Origin: an uncultured Planctomycetota bacterium
Lineage (GTDB): Bacteria > Planctomycetota > Planctomycetia > Pirellulales > Lacipirellulaceae
Reading direction: 5' to 3'
NCBI GenBank assembly: GCA_963719315.1
Contig: CAVRBU010000002.1
Span: forward strand, 672,001-736,000
Length of the DNA stretch: 64,000 bases
A program made the position numbers and the translations under genes. Shown here one piece after another: positions 19,399 through 29,597 of the stretch; position 1 is the stretch's first letter; the number at the start of each line of letters is the position of its first letter. The notes under the pieces are model-generated. The model did no database searches, was not told where the DNA came from, and saw only the letters and a list, made by a program, of their open reading frames with translations.

Positions 19399-21703
19399 AT
19401 GCTCGCTCGTCGACAATTCATTCATTTCTTCGCCGTTGTTACGGTTTCAGGCTGGCTCGCGCTCCTGTCCTGCGCAGCCGATGCTGATCAACCCCTCGCT
19501 TACTGGCAGCCCAGTTGAACCGGGTACGCCTCCGCCGCCATCGGTGGCCGACAAGCGAAGCGAAAATGCCGAGCAATTACGCGTAGCCATGCGTAAGCTC
19601 GAAGCGAATGGCGCATCGGATACAGCCACTGCTCAAGAGGTCGCCTTTTACCAATCTCGAGAAGCCCTGTTGACGCAGCAGGACACAGTTGAGCAGCAGA
19701 TCAAGGACTTGGAGTCGCGGAAGGCCTTCCTGGAGGAATTGAAACAATCGCCTCGCCCAGATAGCAAGCAGTACAAATTCGCCGACTTGGACCAGATGAA
19801 AGACGATTTAGCGGCCGAGCAAGCGCGGGCCGGATTCGCAAGTGACAGACTGGCCACGGCGAAGGCGAATCTGCAAATGGCACAGAACGCAGTTGACGAT
19901 TCCGATGTCAAACTTCGCAAAGCGCAGAGGGCCTACGATAACGGCAAAGATGCGCCGAATGTCAGCGAGTTAGCCGCGGCCGCCGATAACGCACGCCAGG
20001 ATGCGACCCTCGCCAACGAGGCCTTTGCCTTGCGCAAAAGAGAGTTCGACCGAGAAACACTGTCGCAACAAGTCATCAATCTGGCGATCCGCCTGCGGCA
20101 GGAAAAGATTGCGCGGGTCAGCCCTCAAGTAAAGTTTACCGAAGCCGACTACAACGAGCAGATCGAAAACCTCAGGAAGAGCGAAGCGGCAAATACGGCT
20201 TCCTTGAATCAGGCCTTTACCGATTTGCATGGAGTCGAGCTTGATTTTCAAAACGCAAAGAAGCAATTGGAGTCCGCCACGGACGTCACGCGTACAGCAC
20301 TGATCGAGAGTTTCATCGCGCTGCGGCTTACTAAGGACAAATTATCGGAGGAAATCGAGTCGCGGGGGCAGCGGGCAACGAAATTCGCGCAACTCAAGAC
20401 GGCCTGGAAACTGCGCTATCAAATTGCAAACTCCGAACCTACAAACACCGACCACGACGCGTACGCGCAGCTAAAGGATGTCCAACATAAAACGACTAAG
20501 GTCATGGACGGCCTCGCGAGAGAATTGCGGATGCAGATTTCGAAAATGAGAGACGTTCGCAACTCTCTGACAAGCGCCGCAAAGAAAGCCGAGGCGGCCA
20601 CGAAAAGTTCGCCGGAAATTGCGTTCCAAATCAATTCTCAGCAAAGACAACTCGAAGAGACTCTGAAAATCCATGAAAAGAATTTGGTCGCGATCGAAAC
20701 GAGCCGTCGCGTTCACGAGAAACTGCTCGATGAAATCGGTCCGAAAGTCGAAGCGCTTACGCCAACGGCGATCGCGCTAGGAGCCTGGTACCAGGTCGAG
20801 GCGGCTTGGAATCATGTCCTGGTAGGAAGTGTAGGACAAAAGGAACCGCCGATCACCGTAGGGGATGCCGTTAAAGGCCTGACGATCTTGATCGTGGGCT
20901 GGATCCTCTCCCGCTCGACCGCGGGCATGTTCGCCAATCGCTTCTTGAGGCGATTTCGGCTCAGCAAAGATGCCACGTCGGTAATCCGCTCGCTAGTCTT
21001 TTACAGCTTGTTGATGTCCGTAGTGCTGACGGCCCTCAATACCGTCGGGGTGCCGCTTACCGCTTTTACGATCCTCGGCGGCGGCTTGGCGATCGGCGTT
21101 GGCTTCGGCAGTCAAACGCTCATCAATAACTTCATCGGCGGGCTGATCATGCTGGCTGAGCGGCCGGTGAGATTGGGCGAGCGAATCACCCTCAAAGATC
21201 TGGACGGCGTTGTCGAAGACGTCGGCTTCCGTTGCACGAAGCTCCGCACGCTGGCGGACCATCTCGTGACGATTCCGAACTCAACGCTGGTGAACGAGTC
21301 CATCGAAAACATCGACCGCCGGCGGACGATTCGCCGCTCGTTCACGCTCGCCGTGACGTACAACATTTCGCGCGATCAATTGGCCGAGGGCGTTCAGGCC
21401 ATTCGCGACATCTTGGAAGAGCGACAGATTCGTGAGCGCATCCATCCGATCGTGGGATTTGAAGAACTTTCGCCGCGGGTGCACTTTAGCGACTTCGCCG
21501 CCGAGAGTTTAAACATTAAAATCGATTACTGGTACGCGCCGGCCGATTCATCGGCATTTAACGAGCACAGCGAGCGAGTGAACTTCCGGATCATGGAAGA
21601 ATTCGACCGGCTGGGCATCGACTTCGCGTTCCCTTCAAAGACAAATTACGTCAAAAAGCCAAATCAAGGCCGATCGCGGGGCAGCGATTCGTACGCGGCT
21701 TAG
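19399..21703 (+). CDS. Large MscS-family mechanosensitive channel (MscK-like); probable frameshift in the signal peptide
   Basis: Long coiled coil, then GGLAIGVGFGSQTLINNFIGGLIMLAERPVRLGE, IPNS, GIDFAFP; ATG 19399 encodes a signal-like peptide out of frame with ORF 19436..21703. Confidence 0.88.
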
Positions 21704-21725
21704 CTTTTGTCGCGCTCCGCTCCTG

Positions 21726-23093
21726 CTACTTTACAAGCCACGGCAATACCGCGCCCGCGATCGTAAGCACGAGAAGAAAACCTGTCATGTCGGTGACCGT
21801 CGTCAGGATGGGGCCCGACGCCAGTGCGGGATCCTGACCGAAACCTCGCAGCAAGAGTGGTATCAGTCCGCCGAAACAGACCGCGATGAGTGTGTTCGCG
21901 GCGAGCGCGACCGCTACGACGGCTCCCAGCATGAGATTACCCTGCCAGACCCAGCCGACGGCTCCTAGCAACACGCCCAAGACCACGCCATTGATCACGC
22001 CTACCGCCGCTTCCTTGCGGAACACCCGCCATAGCTCGGAAGGCCGAATCACGCCGAGCGTTAACTCGCGCATGCTCACCGCGACCGCCTGATTGCCGGA
22101 GCAACCGCTCATATCGGAGATGATCGGCAGGAACACTGCCAGAGCTATCACGGCCGACAGCGTGTCCTGATGAAACGCAATAACGCTCGCGGCGATGATG
22201 TTGAGTAATATATTGACGGTCAGCCAACTCAGTCGGCGCAGACTGCGATACCGCAGCGGCATGGTGCGCAATTCCTCACCGCCGACGATGCCCATGAATT
22301 TCAAAAAGCTGCGGTTTGACCGCTCTTCCGCCGCCTGCTCCACGTCCACACTCCGAACTACGCCCACCAATACGCCGCGCGCGTCAACGGCCGGTATACC
22401 CAACAACGGGTGGCGATCGAAGAACCGCTCCAATGTTTCGAGGCGGGCGTTATCGCGGACCTTCAACGGATCGCGGATCATCACGGCCGATATCGGTTGC
22501 CCCGGCAACGACAACAACAGATCGCGCAACTGCAACACACCCACCAGTTGCCCGCCATTCGCGACCACGTAGGCGTACTGCACGTCGAACGACCGATAAC
22601 GATCGGCGTTTGACCGCAGATCGTCCAGCACATCGCCAACCGTCAGATTGTCTCGATACGACAACATTTCCGTGATCATTAGCCCGCCAGCCGTGTCGCC
22701 CGGGTAGGCCAACAGTCGGCGGGCGTCCCGCGCATCGGCGGCCGGCATTGCATCCAGAATCGCGGAGGCCTCGATTTCAGACATCCGCGAGATGACATCG
22801 GCTTGCTCATCGCTCGGCAATTCGCCCACGATCGCGGCCGCCTGCTCGACCGATAGCCGCTCAATGATCTGAGCCGCCTGCGCTTCGGGCAGGTCTTCGA
22901 CCAGTTCGGCCGCGTCCTCGAACGACAGTGACTCGAGCAACTTCGACTGGTCGGAATCGCTCAACTGCGAGATCGAGTGCCTGGCGTCAGCCGGTTCGGC
23001 AAGCGACAAGAAATCCAAAATGGCCTGCTGGTCTCTGGCATCGACCGCCGCCTGTAAGGGATCGAACGATTCGTGCGAAGGGTTGTCGGGCAT
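21726..23093 (-). CDS. mgtE: Magnesium transporter MgtE
   Basis: Acidic N domain, TAGGLM, CBS pair, SGCSGNQA, DPALASGPILTTVTD. Confidence 0.95.
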   Translation of the reverse strand: MPDNPSHESFDPLQAAVDARDQQAILDFLSLAEPADARHSISQLSDSDQSKLLESLSFEDAAELVEDLPEAQAAQIIERLSVEQAAAIVGELPSDEQADVISRMSEIEASAILDAMPAADARDARRLLAYPGDTAGGLMITEMLSYRDNLTVGDVLDDLRSNADRYRSFDVQYAYVVANGGQLVGVLQLRDLLLSLPGQPISAVMIRDPLKVRDNARLETLERFFDRHPLLGIPAVDARGVLVGVVRSVDVEQAAEERSNRSFLKFMGIVGGEELRTMPLRYRSLRRLSWLTVNILLNIIAASVIAFHQDTLSAVIALAVFLPIISDMSGCSGNQAVAVSMRELTLGVIRPSELWRVFRKEAAVGVINGVVLGVLLGAVGWVWQGNLMLGAVVAVALAANTLIAVCFGGLIPLLLRGFGQDPALASGPILTTVTDMTGFLLVLTIAGAVLPWLVK

Positions 23094-23309
23094 CGGGCGT
23101 TATTCAAAATAAAGTGCTTGGAGACCGCAAAGCATGACAAATATGGCATCCGTTCGTCCACAGTGAACTTAGGTGGACCGGGCTGCAACCGACCTGAGAA
23201 CGAAGATTCAATCGGCGAACGCAGACCAAGTTGCTGTGACCTCTACCTCGCTAAGCAAAATGACCGCAAAACGGTTTGGCTGCCAATTTTGTATTTCCCC
23301 AAGGGTATT

Positions 23310-23325
23310 TGGCATACGGCTTGCA
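23310..23325 (+). promoter_or_regulatory. Putative sigma-54 (-24/-12) promoter
   Basis: TGGCAT-ACGGC-TTGCA fits TGGCAC-N5-TTGCW with correct spacing. Confidence 0.6.
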
Positions 23326-23469
23326 CAATTTGACAGATGGGGATGGGAGTTGCCGCCGGTTTTCGGGATGCCGTCCGCCGATTCGCCGAATTATCCGCCT
23401 CACTTTGAATTCCCAAATTATCAACGTTAAGAGATAGTGTTCGTGCATCCTGTTTTCGGGAGAATTTCG

Positions 23470-23753
23470 ATGGAAGCAGCTTTAATTGAACGAGCCCTCA
23501 CCCCCACCTGTGAACGATCGACTTTGAGTACTCTTGTACGGGATTATTTAGAAAATCATCCCCATTTTCGGGGTCGAATCAATGACGTTTCAATCAACCA
23601 CGACGGTCGGACTCTGTTTCTCGCCGGCCACCTGCCCAGTTTTACCTCAAGCAACTCGTTCAAGAAGCCGTTCGCCATGTGCCCGGCGTGCATCAAGTTC
23701 GTAACCAAATCGAAGTTGTGAGCGCGGACGGCGTGAGCAGCGTGCGCAGCTAA
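23470..23753 (+). CDS. Small BON-domain protein (frameshift in T run near 23641)
   Basis: LAGHLPSF continues in another frame as YLKQLVQEAVRHVPGVHQVRNQIEVV. Confidence 0.75.
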
Positions 23754-24016
23754 CGGGGGGATAACCCATCAGCGCAAGGCGTTCTATCGGCTGCCCCCGA
23801 GCTTCGGCACCACGCGATCGCTAGAGCGCCGCATCTGACATCGCCGCTCGGTGAGCTTAAATTGCCTCGCTCTCCTACCCAGATTAATATCGACTTGGTC
23901 GTAGACGGCGCGCTCTTTGCCATTAGGTGTGTCGTGGAATTCACGGCGATTGCTCTCGAACGTCGGCTACCAATCGTTCCGCGTCGACGTGATGCAACCA
24001 ACGGAGGAGGCGCACG

Positions 24017-24823
24017 ATGCAATACACACCGCTCTGGCAGACTGAATTCGGTGAAGGCCCGCTCGTGGCGTGCGCGATTCACGATGGTCACGACGTGCGG
24101 CCGGACATTGGGGAATGTCTGCAACTCGACGAAGGCGCGCGGCGTTACGAAGAGGATCCGTATACCGGCGCGTGGACGACTATCGCCCCGACTCGGATCG
24201 TTGCACGGCGGTCGCGGTTCGAGTTCGATCTCAACCGGCCGCGCGACAAAGCCATTTACGTCACGCCGGACGATGCCTGGGGCTTGGACGTTTGGAAATG
24301 CACGCCAGCCGCCGAAATGATGAATCGCTGGCTGCAGGCCTATGACGATTTTTACGCTCATTTGAGGCATTTGCTGGACCGTCTGGTGGCCGACCACGGG
24401 CAGGTCGTCGTCTTCGATCTGCACAGTTACAATCATATTCGAGAGGGCGCGGACGGCGGCGTCGCCGACGCTACTGGCAATCCCGAGGTAAACTTGGGTA
24501 CGGGAACGATGGCCCGCGCGCTGTGGGCCCCTGTAGTCGAGTGTTGGCTCGCGGCGATGCGCGAGTACGATTTCCTCGGGCGTCGCCTGGATGTACGCGA
24601 GAACGTGAAGTTTGTCGGTGGCCAGCTTCCCAAGTGGATCCACGAGAATTTTCCGAACTCAGTGTGCGCGCTGGCGATCGAAGTCAAAAAGTTTTTCATG
24701 AACGAGTGGACGGCCGAACTCGATTCCCGCCAACACCAGGCAATCGGCAACGCGCTGGCACACGCCGCCGAAGCTGTGAACGACGAATTGGAGAAAATCA
24801 AGCGTGGGCCATTCGTCGCCTAA
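24017..24823 (+). CDS. N-formylglutamate amidohydrolase family protein
   Basis: AIHDGH, EEDPYT, SRFEFDLNR, FDLHSYN, ENVKFVGG, AIEVKK. Confidence 0.88.
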   Translation: MQYTPLWQTEFGEGPLVACAIHDGHDVRPDIGECLQLDEGARRYEEDPYTGAWTTIAPTRIVARRSRFEFDLNRPRDKAIYVTPDDAWGLDVWKCTPAAEMMNRWLQAYDDFYAHLRHLLDRLVADHGQVVVFDLHSYNHIREGADGGVADATGNPEVNLGTGTMARALWAPVVECWLAAMREYDFLGRRLDVRENVKFVGGQLPKWIHENFPNSVCALAIEVKKFFMNEWTAELDSRQHQAIGNALAHAAEAVNDELEKIKRGPFVA

Positions 24824-26714
24824 ATCTGCACGCACCTCGCTTGCCGATTCGGTCCTGGCCGATTTGGCGGCGAACAAGTCGATCGACATCGAACTTCCGG
24901 GAGGCGGCCGACTGCGCGTCGAGCGCCGCGTGCCGCTGTTGTGTGTTTATCGAAGGACGGAGAATGGCGACTGCACGGAGCAACTCGTCGCGTCCGAACC
25001 AGCTTACCTCATTGTTCCTCATGCACCTCGGCCCGCGCTGCAAGCAATCAAATTGCTGCGTTCGGTCGTTGAGCACTTGGCCCAACATTTCGGCAATTGC
25101 TTAGTGGTTGAAATCTGGCCAAGTCCGCCGGCGGATACGAGCGTGCCGCCCAGTTTGTTTAATGGCGATGCGCAATCAGCCACTCCGCCATTCGAAGTGT
25201 TGGCGCCCGCCACACGCATCCCGCGGGCCACTGTTGAAGCTCTGTCGAAGTCGCTGGGACGCGACGTATTGCCCTACGGCGGAACGCGGATCGTACTGAT
25301 ACCCTTTGGAAAACTTTTGCCGCCGGGCGCGAAGCCACTTCTCCGCCTGCGCGACTGTCGGGATTGGAATTGCTTTGTACTCGGTATCGCCGTGCGGCCT
25401 GAATATCGTGGGGCAGACAGCGCCCCGCTGCCCGATGTGATGCGTCTAACGTGCCGCACGTTGCATAACGCGCTGGAGCAAGCATCGTTTGCATTCGTTC
25501 GTGCCCGAAAAACACTGCGGCCAGCCCATTTACATGCCCCAGGCCGACGGTCGGTCCTCAAATCCGTGCTTGACATCGACCGCCAACTGGCCGAGATCGA
25601 CGGCTCGTTCGATTTGCTGCTGCAAGCCACGCCGGTGAATGCGGAGAGCGCGTGGCGCGAGTTTCGCCGCTCGCGCTTCGAAAGGCCGCCCGTATTCTAC
25701 TACCGGCCGTTGTCGATCGATCCGACGCTGCTTAAGCGGCAGCTCTATTTGATTCCCGTCGAACGAATCGAAGACCCCACGCTCTCCTATCTGTTCCGTC
25801 AGAAGCAGGATGAGCTCGACCGCCAGATCACTCTGCTCTTGGATGTCGATACGCCGCGGTTTCTCCAGGAGAGCTTGCAAGTCTACGGCGGCGTTTCTGA
25901 TTGGCTGTTGCAGCATGCTCAGGAACTGCTCGACCGTGTGCCGACCCGAAGCGGCGAAGAGTCGAAAGGGGACCAACTTACGGCCACTGAGTTTGCCAAG
26001 CGCGCCCAAAAGGAACTCGGTTACTACCAAAAACGTTGTAGCGACTTCGCAGCCAAGGTCTCGGTGCGCGACGACATGTACGCCGGACTGATGGTCTCCG
26101 GCGACCAGCTCCTCATCGGCGGCCGCACGCGTGTGCCGCGCTGCCGCGTGGAAGCGCTGCTGCAACATGAAATCGGCACGCACCTGGTCACGCGCTACAA
26201 CGGCCATCATCAGCCCTTTCGCCAACTTGAAATCGGCCTTGCCGGATACGATGGCTTGCAGGAAGGCCTGGCGGTGCTGGCCGAGTACCTGGTGGGCGGC
26301 CTCAGCCGGTTTCGTATGCGGGTGCTCGCAGCCCGCGTGGTCGGCGCCCATCTCATGCTGGACGGCGCATCTTTCATCGATACATTCCGCACTCTGAATC
26401 GCAGCTACGAGTTCTCACAGCGAACGGCTTATACCGTCGCCATGCGGCTATACCGCGGCGGCGGGCTGACGAAAGATGCCGTTTACCTTCGCGGGCTGCT
26501 GCAAATCCTCCGCCACTTACGCGAAGGAGGCGAGCTGGAGCCACTTTTCGTCGGTAAAGTCGCCTCGGCCCATTTGCCCCTTATCTTTGAACTCAGGATG
26601 CGGGAGATTATCAAACCCCCCGCGTTGCGACCCCGCTACTTGGATTCTGCCAGTGCTCAGAAGAAAATCGAACGATTGCGCGGCGGAATGAAGGTGTTGG
26701 AATTGGTGCAGTAA
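24804..26714 (+). CDS. QEGLA-motif zinc metallopeptidase (DUF1704; MATCAP-like carboxypeptidase family)
   Basis: HEIGTH, LQEGLAVLAEY, RGGGLTKDAVYLRG, LFVGKV. Confidence 0.88.
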   Translation: MGHSSPKSARTSLADSVLADLAANKSIDIELPGGGRLRVERRVPLLCVYRRTENGDCTEQLVASEPAYLIVPHAPRPALQAIKLLRSVVEHLAQHFGNCLVVEIWPSPPADTSVPPSLFNGDAQSATPPFEVLAPATRIPRATVEALSKSLGRDVLPYGGTRIVLIPFGKLLPPGAKPLLRLRDCRDWNCFVLGIAVRPEYRGADSAPLPDVMRLTCRTLHNALEQASFAFVRARKTLRPAHLHAPGRRSVLKSVLDIDRQLAEIDGSFDLLLQATPVNAESAWREFRRSRFERPPVFYYRPLSIDPTLLKRQLYLIPVERIEDPTLSYLFRQKQDELDRQITLLLDVDTPRFLQESLQVYGGVSDWLLQHAQELLDRVPTRSGEESKGDQLTATEFAKRAQKELGYYQKRCSDFAAKVSVRDDMYAGLMVSGDQLLIGGRTRVPRCRVEALLQHEIGTHLVTRYNGHHQPFRQLEIGLAGYDGLQEGLAVLAEYLVGGLSRFRMRVLAARVVGAHLMLDGASFIDTFRTLNRSYEFSQRTAYTVAMRLYRGGGLTKDAVYLRGLLQILRHLREGGELEPLFVGKVASAHLPLIFELRMREIIKPPALRPRYLDSASAQKKIERLRGGMKVLELVQ

Positions 26715-26790
26715 GGGGCTCAGGGTTCAGTTTTCGGGACTGAACTCAAATCGTCCCTGAACCTGAACCTCGAACCCTAATCTCTCGAAC
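26715..26790. repeat. Inverted heptamer-array hairpin
   Basis: GGGGCTC AGGGTTC AGTTTTC GGGACTG ... CCCTGAA CCTGAA CCTCGAA CCCTAAT. Confidence 0.65.
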
Positions 26791-26797
26791 GGCAAGC

Positions 26798-27844
26798 ATG
26801 AAAGTCGGATTTGTCGTCAACCAAATTGAAACCGAGCAGCCGTCGTACACCACGACGCGGCTGGCGATGGCGGCCGTGAATCGCGGCCACGAATCGTGGC
26901 TGATTGGCACCGGCGACCTCGCGCTCGACCCCGACGACTATGTGCGGGCCCGCGCCCGCTCGGCCCCGAAGTCCAAATACAAGTCGCTGGACAACTATCT
27001 GGATGAAGTCCGCGGCACGCACGGTCGAAGCGAGCGGATCACGGTCGACGACCTGGACGTGCTCATGCTCCGCAACGACCCAGCCGAGGACATCGGCCGG
27101 CGGACGTGGGCCCAAATGGCAGGCATTCTGTTTGGCCGGGCAGCTCTGCGACGGGGCGTTATTGTGCTGAACGATCCGTCATCGCTCGCCCTAGCGGCCA
27201 ACAAGATGTACTTCCAGCTCTTTCCCGAGGAGGTCCGGCCGGCCACGCTCATCACCCGCGATCGCAATGAAATCCGGCACTTCGCCAAGGAGCACGGCGG
27301 CGATATCGTGATCAAGCCGCTGCAAGGCTCGGGCGGCCAGGGCGTGTTCCTGGTGCGCCAGAATGATCTCGGCAATCTCAACCAAATGATCGAGGCCGTC
27401 AGCCGAGACGGCTACGTCATCGCCCAGGAATACCTGGCTGGCGCCGCGGAGGGCGACTTGCGGCTGTTCGTGATGAACGGCAATCCGCTGAAATATAAAG
27501 GCAAAACGGCTGCTTTCCGCCGGCTCCGTTCCGGCGACGATATCCGCAGCAATATCCACGCCGGCGGCCGCAAGGCCCAGGCGGCCGTCGATGAGAGGGC
27601 TTTGCGGATTGTCGAGATCGTAAGGCCAAAACTCGTCGCTGACGGAATGTTCCTGGTCGGCTTGGATATCGTCGGTGACAAACTTATGGAGATTAACGTC
27701 TTCAGTCCCGGCGGCCTGGGCAGCGCCCAGACTTTTGAAGGTGTCAATTTTGCCTCGGCAGTTATCTTGGCTTTAGAGCGCAAGGTACAGTACATGGGAT
27801 ATTATCAGCGGAATTTCAATAACACGGATATGGCGACGTTGTAG
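26798..27844 (+). CDS. gshB: Glutathione synthetase (GshB)-like ATP-grasp ligase
   Basis: YTTTRLA, LMLRNDP, NKMY, IKPLQGSGGQGVF, QEYL, RSNIHAGG, VGLDIVG..MEINVFSPGG; substrate unproven. Confidence 0.8.
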   Translation: MKVGFVVNQIETEQPSYTTTRLAMAAVNRGHESWLIGTGDLALDPDDYVRARARSAPKSKYKSLDNYLDEVRGTHGRSERITVDDLDVLMLRNDPAEDIGRRTWAQMAGILFGRAALRRGVIVLNDPSSLALAANKMYFQLFPEEVRPATLITRDRNEIRHFAKEHGGDIVIKPLQGSGGQGVFLVRQNDLGNLNQMIEAVSRDGYVIAQEYLAGAAEGDLRLFVMNGNPLKYKGKTAAFRRLRSGDDIRSNIHAGGRKAQAAVDERALRIVEIVRPKLVADGMFLVGLDIVGDKLMEINVFSPGGLGSAQTFEGVNFASAVILALERKVQYMGYYQRNFNNTDMATL

Positions 27845-29142
27845 TGCTCAAGCCCGGCCAAAAAATTGGCAAATACAAACTCAAATCGAGGCTGGCCAAT
27901 GGGCCGTATGCCACGGTGTTCCGGGCACTCGATACGCTCGAAGGCGTGCACGTCGCGCTCAAGATTCCGCACAAGGGATTGGTTACGAAAGAATCGCTCG
28001 ACGACTTTTCGCGCGAAGTGCGGCTGTGCGCCAAACTCGATCATCCGAATATCCTGCGGCTCAAAAGCGCCGACTTCATCGACGGCCACCTGGTGATTGC
28101 CTTGCCGCTCGGCGAGGAATCGCTTGAGGAACGACTGGCCCGGCGGTTGTCATTGCGCAGCGCTCTCGAATTGGGCGAGCAGCTTTTGCAGGCCGTGGCG
28201 TTCGCCCATCAGCAGCACGTGATTCATTGCGACGTGAAGCCGGACAATTTGCTATTGTTTCCCGATGGCCAATTGCGGCTAACCGATTTCGGCATTTCGA
28301 AAATCGCGCACCGTACGATTTCGGCCTCCGGTGCCGGCACCGTCGGCTACATGGCGCCCGAGCAAGCGATGGGAAGGCCATCGCGGCGTTCGGACGTGTT
28401 TGCCACCGGCCTAGTGTTGTGGCAGATGTTTTCCGGCAAGCTGCCCGAATGGCCGTTCGAGTGGCCCCTCGCCGGCTCCGAGCGACTGCGATTGGTATTG
28501 CACGCAGACATGATCGCACTGCTCAAGCGATCGCTCGAAATGAAACCTAGCCGGCGTTTCGAAGATTGCGGACAGATGCTCGCCGCCTACTTGCGGGCCA
28601 AACCGAAAGTGCTGCGGCACTACACGCGTTCTCGCCCCCCAAAGAAGTCCAAACGCACGACCAAGCGCGATTGGAAAGCCATCCGCCTACAACAATTCGA
28701 ACGACAATTCGGCCGGCAATTGGCTACGCATTTTAAGTGTCGCGCGTGCGAAGGCCCCGTTTCCGAATTCATGCTCGCCTGCCCCTGGTGCGGCGACGAC
28801 CGTCGCATCCTGCGCGATGAAACTACATTTCCGGCCCGCTGCCCGCGCTGCAACCGCGGCACGAAGCTCGACTGGGCTTATTGTCCCTGGTGCTATGGCC
28901 CAGGATTTGACGACACTTCGGAACGCGAGTACACCGATCGACGTTACGAAGCCCGTTGCCGCAACGCCAAATGCGAACGCAAGGATCTAATGCCCTTCAT
29001 GCGTTACTGCCCGTGGTGCCACACAAAAGTCCGCCAGGCCTGGAAAATAGCCGGCAGCAAAGATACCTGCTCCAAATGCGGCTGGGGCGTCACCCGCGAG
29101 TTCTGGACACATTGCCCTTGGTGCGCTGCCAGCCTTGCTTAG
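27844..29142 (+). CDS. Hanks-type Ser/Thr protein kinase with C-terminal tandem zinc ribbons
   Basis: VALK, HCDVKPDN, TDFG, YMAPE; C-terminus has eight Cys pairs including four CPWC; GTG start overlaps the upstream TAG. Confidence 0.9.
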   Translation: MLKPGQKIGKYKLKSRLANGPYATVFRALDTLEGVHVALKIPHKGLVTKESLDDFSREVRLCAKLDHPNILRLKSADFIDGHLVIALPLGEESLEERLARRLSLRSALELGEQLLQAVAFAHQQHVIHCDVKPDNLLLFPDGQLRLTDFGISKIAHRTISASGAGTVGYMAPEQAMGRPSRRSDVFATGLVLWQMFSGKLPEWPFEWPLAGSERLRLVLHADMIALLKRSLEMKPSRRFEDCGQMLAAYLRAKPKVLRHYTRSRPPKKSKRTTKRDWKAIRLQQFERQFGRQLATHFKCRACEGPVSEFMLACPWCGDDRRILRDETTFPARCPRCNRGTKLDWAYCPWCYGPGFDDTSEREYTDRRYEARCRNAKCERKDLMPFMRYCPWCHTKVRQAWKIAGSKDTCSKCGWGVTREFWTHCPWCAASLA

Positions 29143-29252
29143 CCGAGCCATCTTGGGTCAAAAGGATTTGCGTTTCCCGCGTCTACGAGTTGGATAATAC
29201 CGGTCAAAAAGCCGAACTATTTGCGTGCTAGACTTGTGCAGGAGACCGCAAA

Positions 29253-29594
29253 ATGCCCGCACCAAAATTCATCGACGACCCGGCCTACCGCGATTTGCGC
29301 GAATTCGATTTCGAGCGTTTTGAACAGCACATCGCTGGCCGCAAGAAGATCGATTTTTCGAGCGCTGATTTGCGCGGCGTCGATCTTAGCCGCGTAGACG
29401 CAACCAATCTCGTGCTTCGCGACGCCTACTTGCGCGATTCCGACCTTCGCGGCCTCGACCTGCGGCACGTCGACCTAGAAGGCTGCTCGTTGCACAATGC
29501 AAAGATCAGCGGTACTTACTTCCCGGAGAATCTTTCGCCGCAGGAAATCGCCAACAGCGTGCAGTACGGGACGCGGATACGGACTGGCGTTTGA
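29253..29594 (+). CDS. Pentapeptide repeat protein
   Basis: ADLRG VDLSR ... AYLRD SDLRG LDLRH VDLEG CSLHN AKISG. Confidence 0.88.
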   Translation: MPAPKFIDDPAYRDLREFDFERFEQHIAGRKKIDFSSADLRGVDLSRVDATNLVLRDAYLRDSDLRGLDLRHVDLEGCSLHNAKISGTYFPENLSPQEIANSVQYGTRIRTGV

Positions 29595-29597
29595 CGA

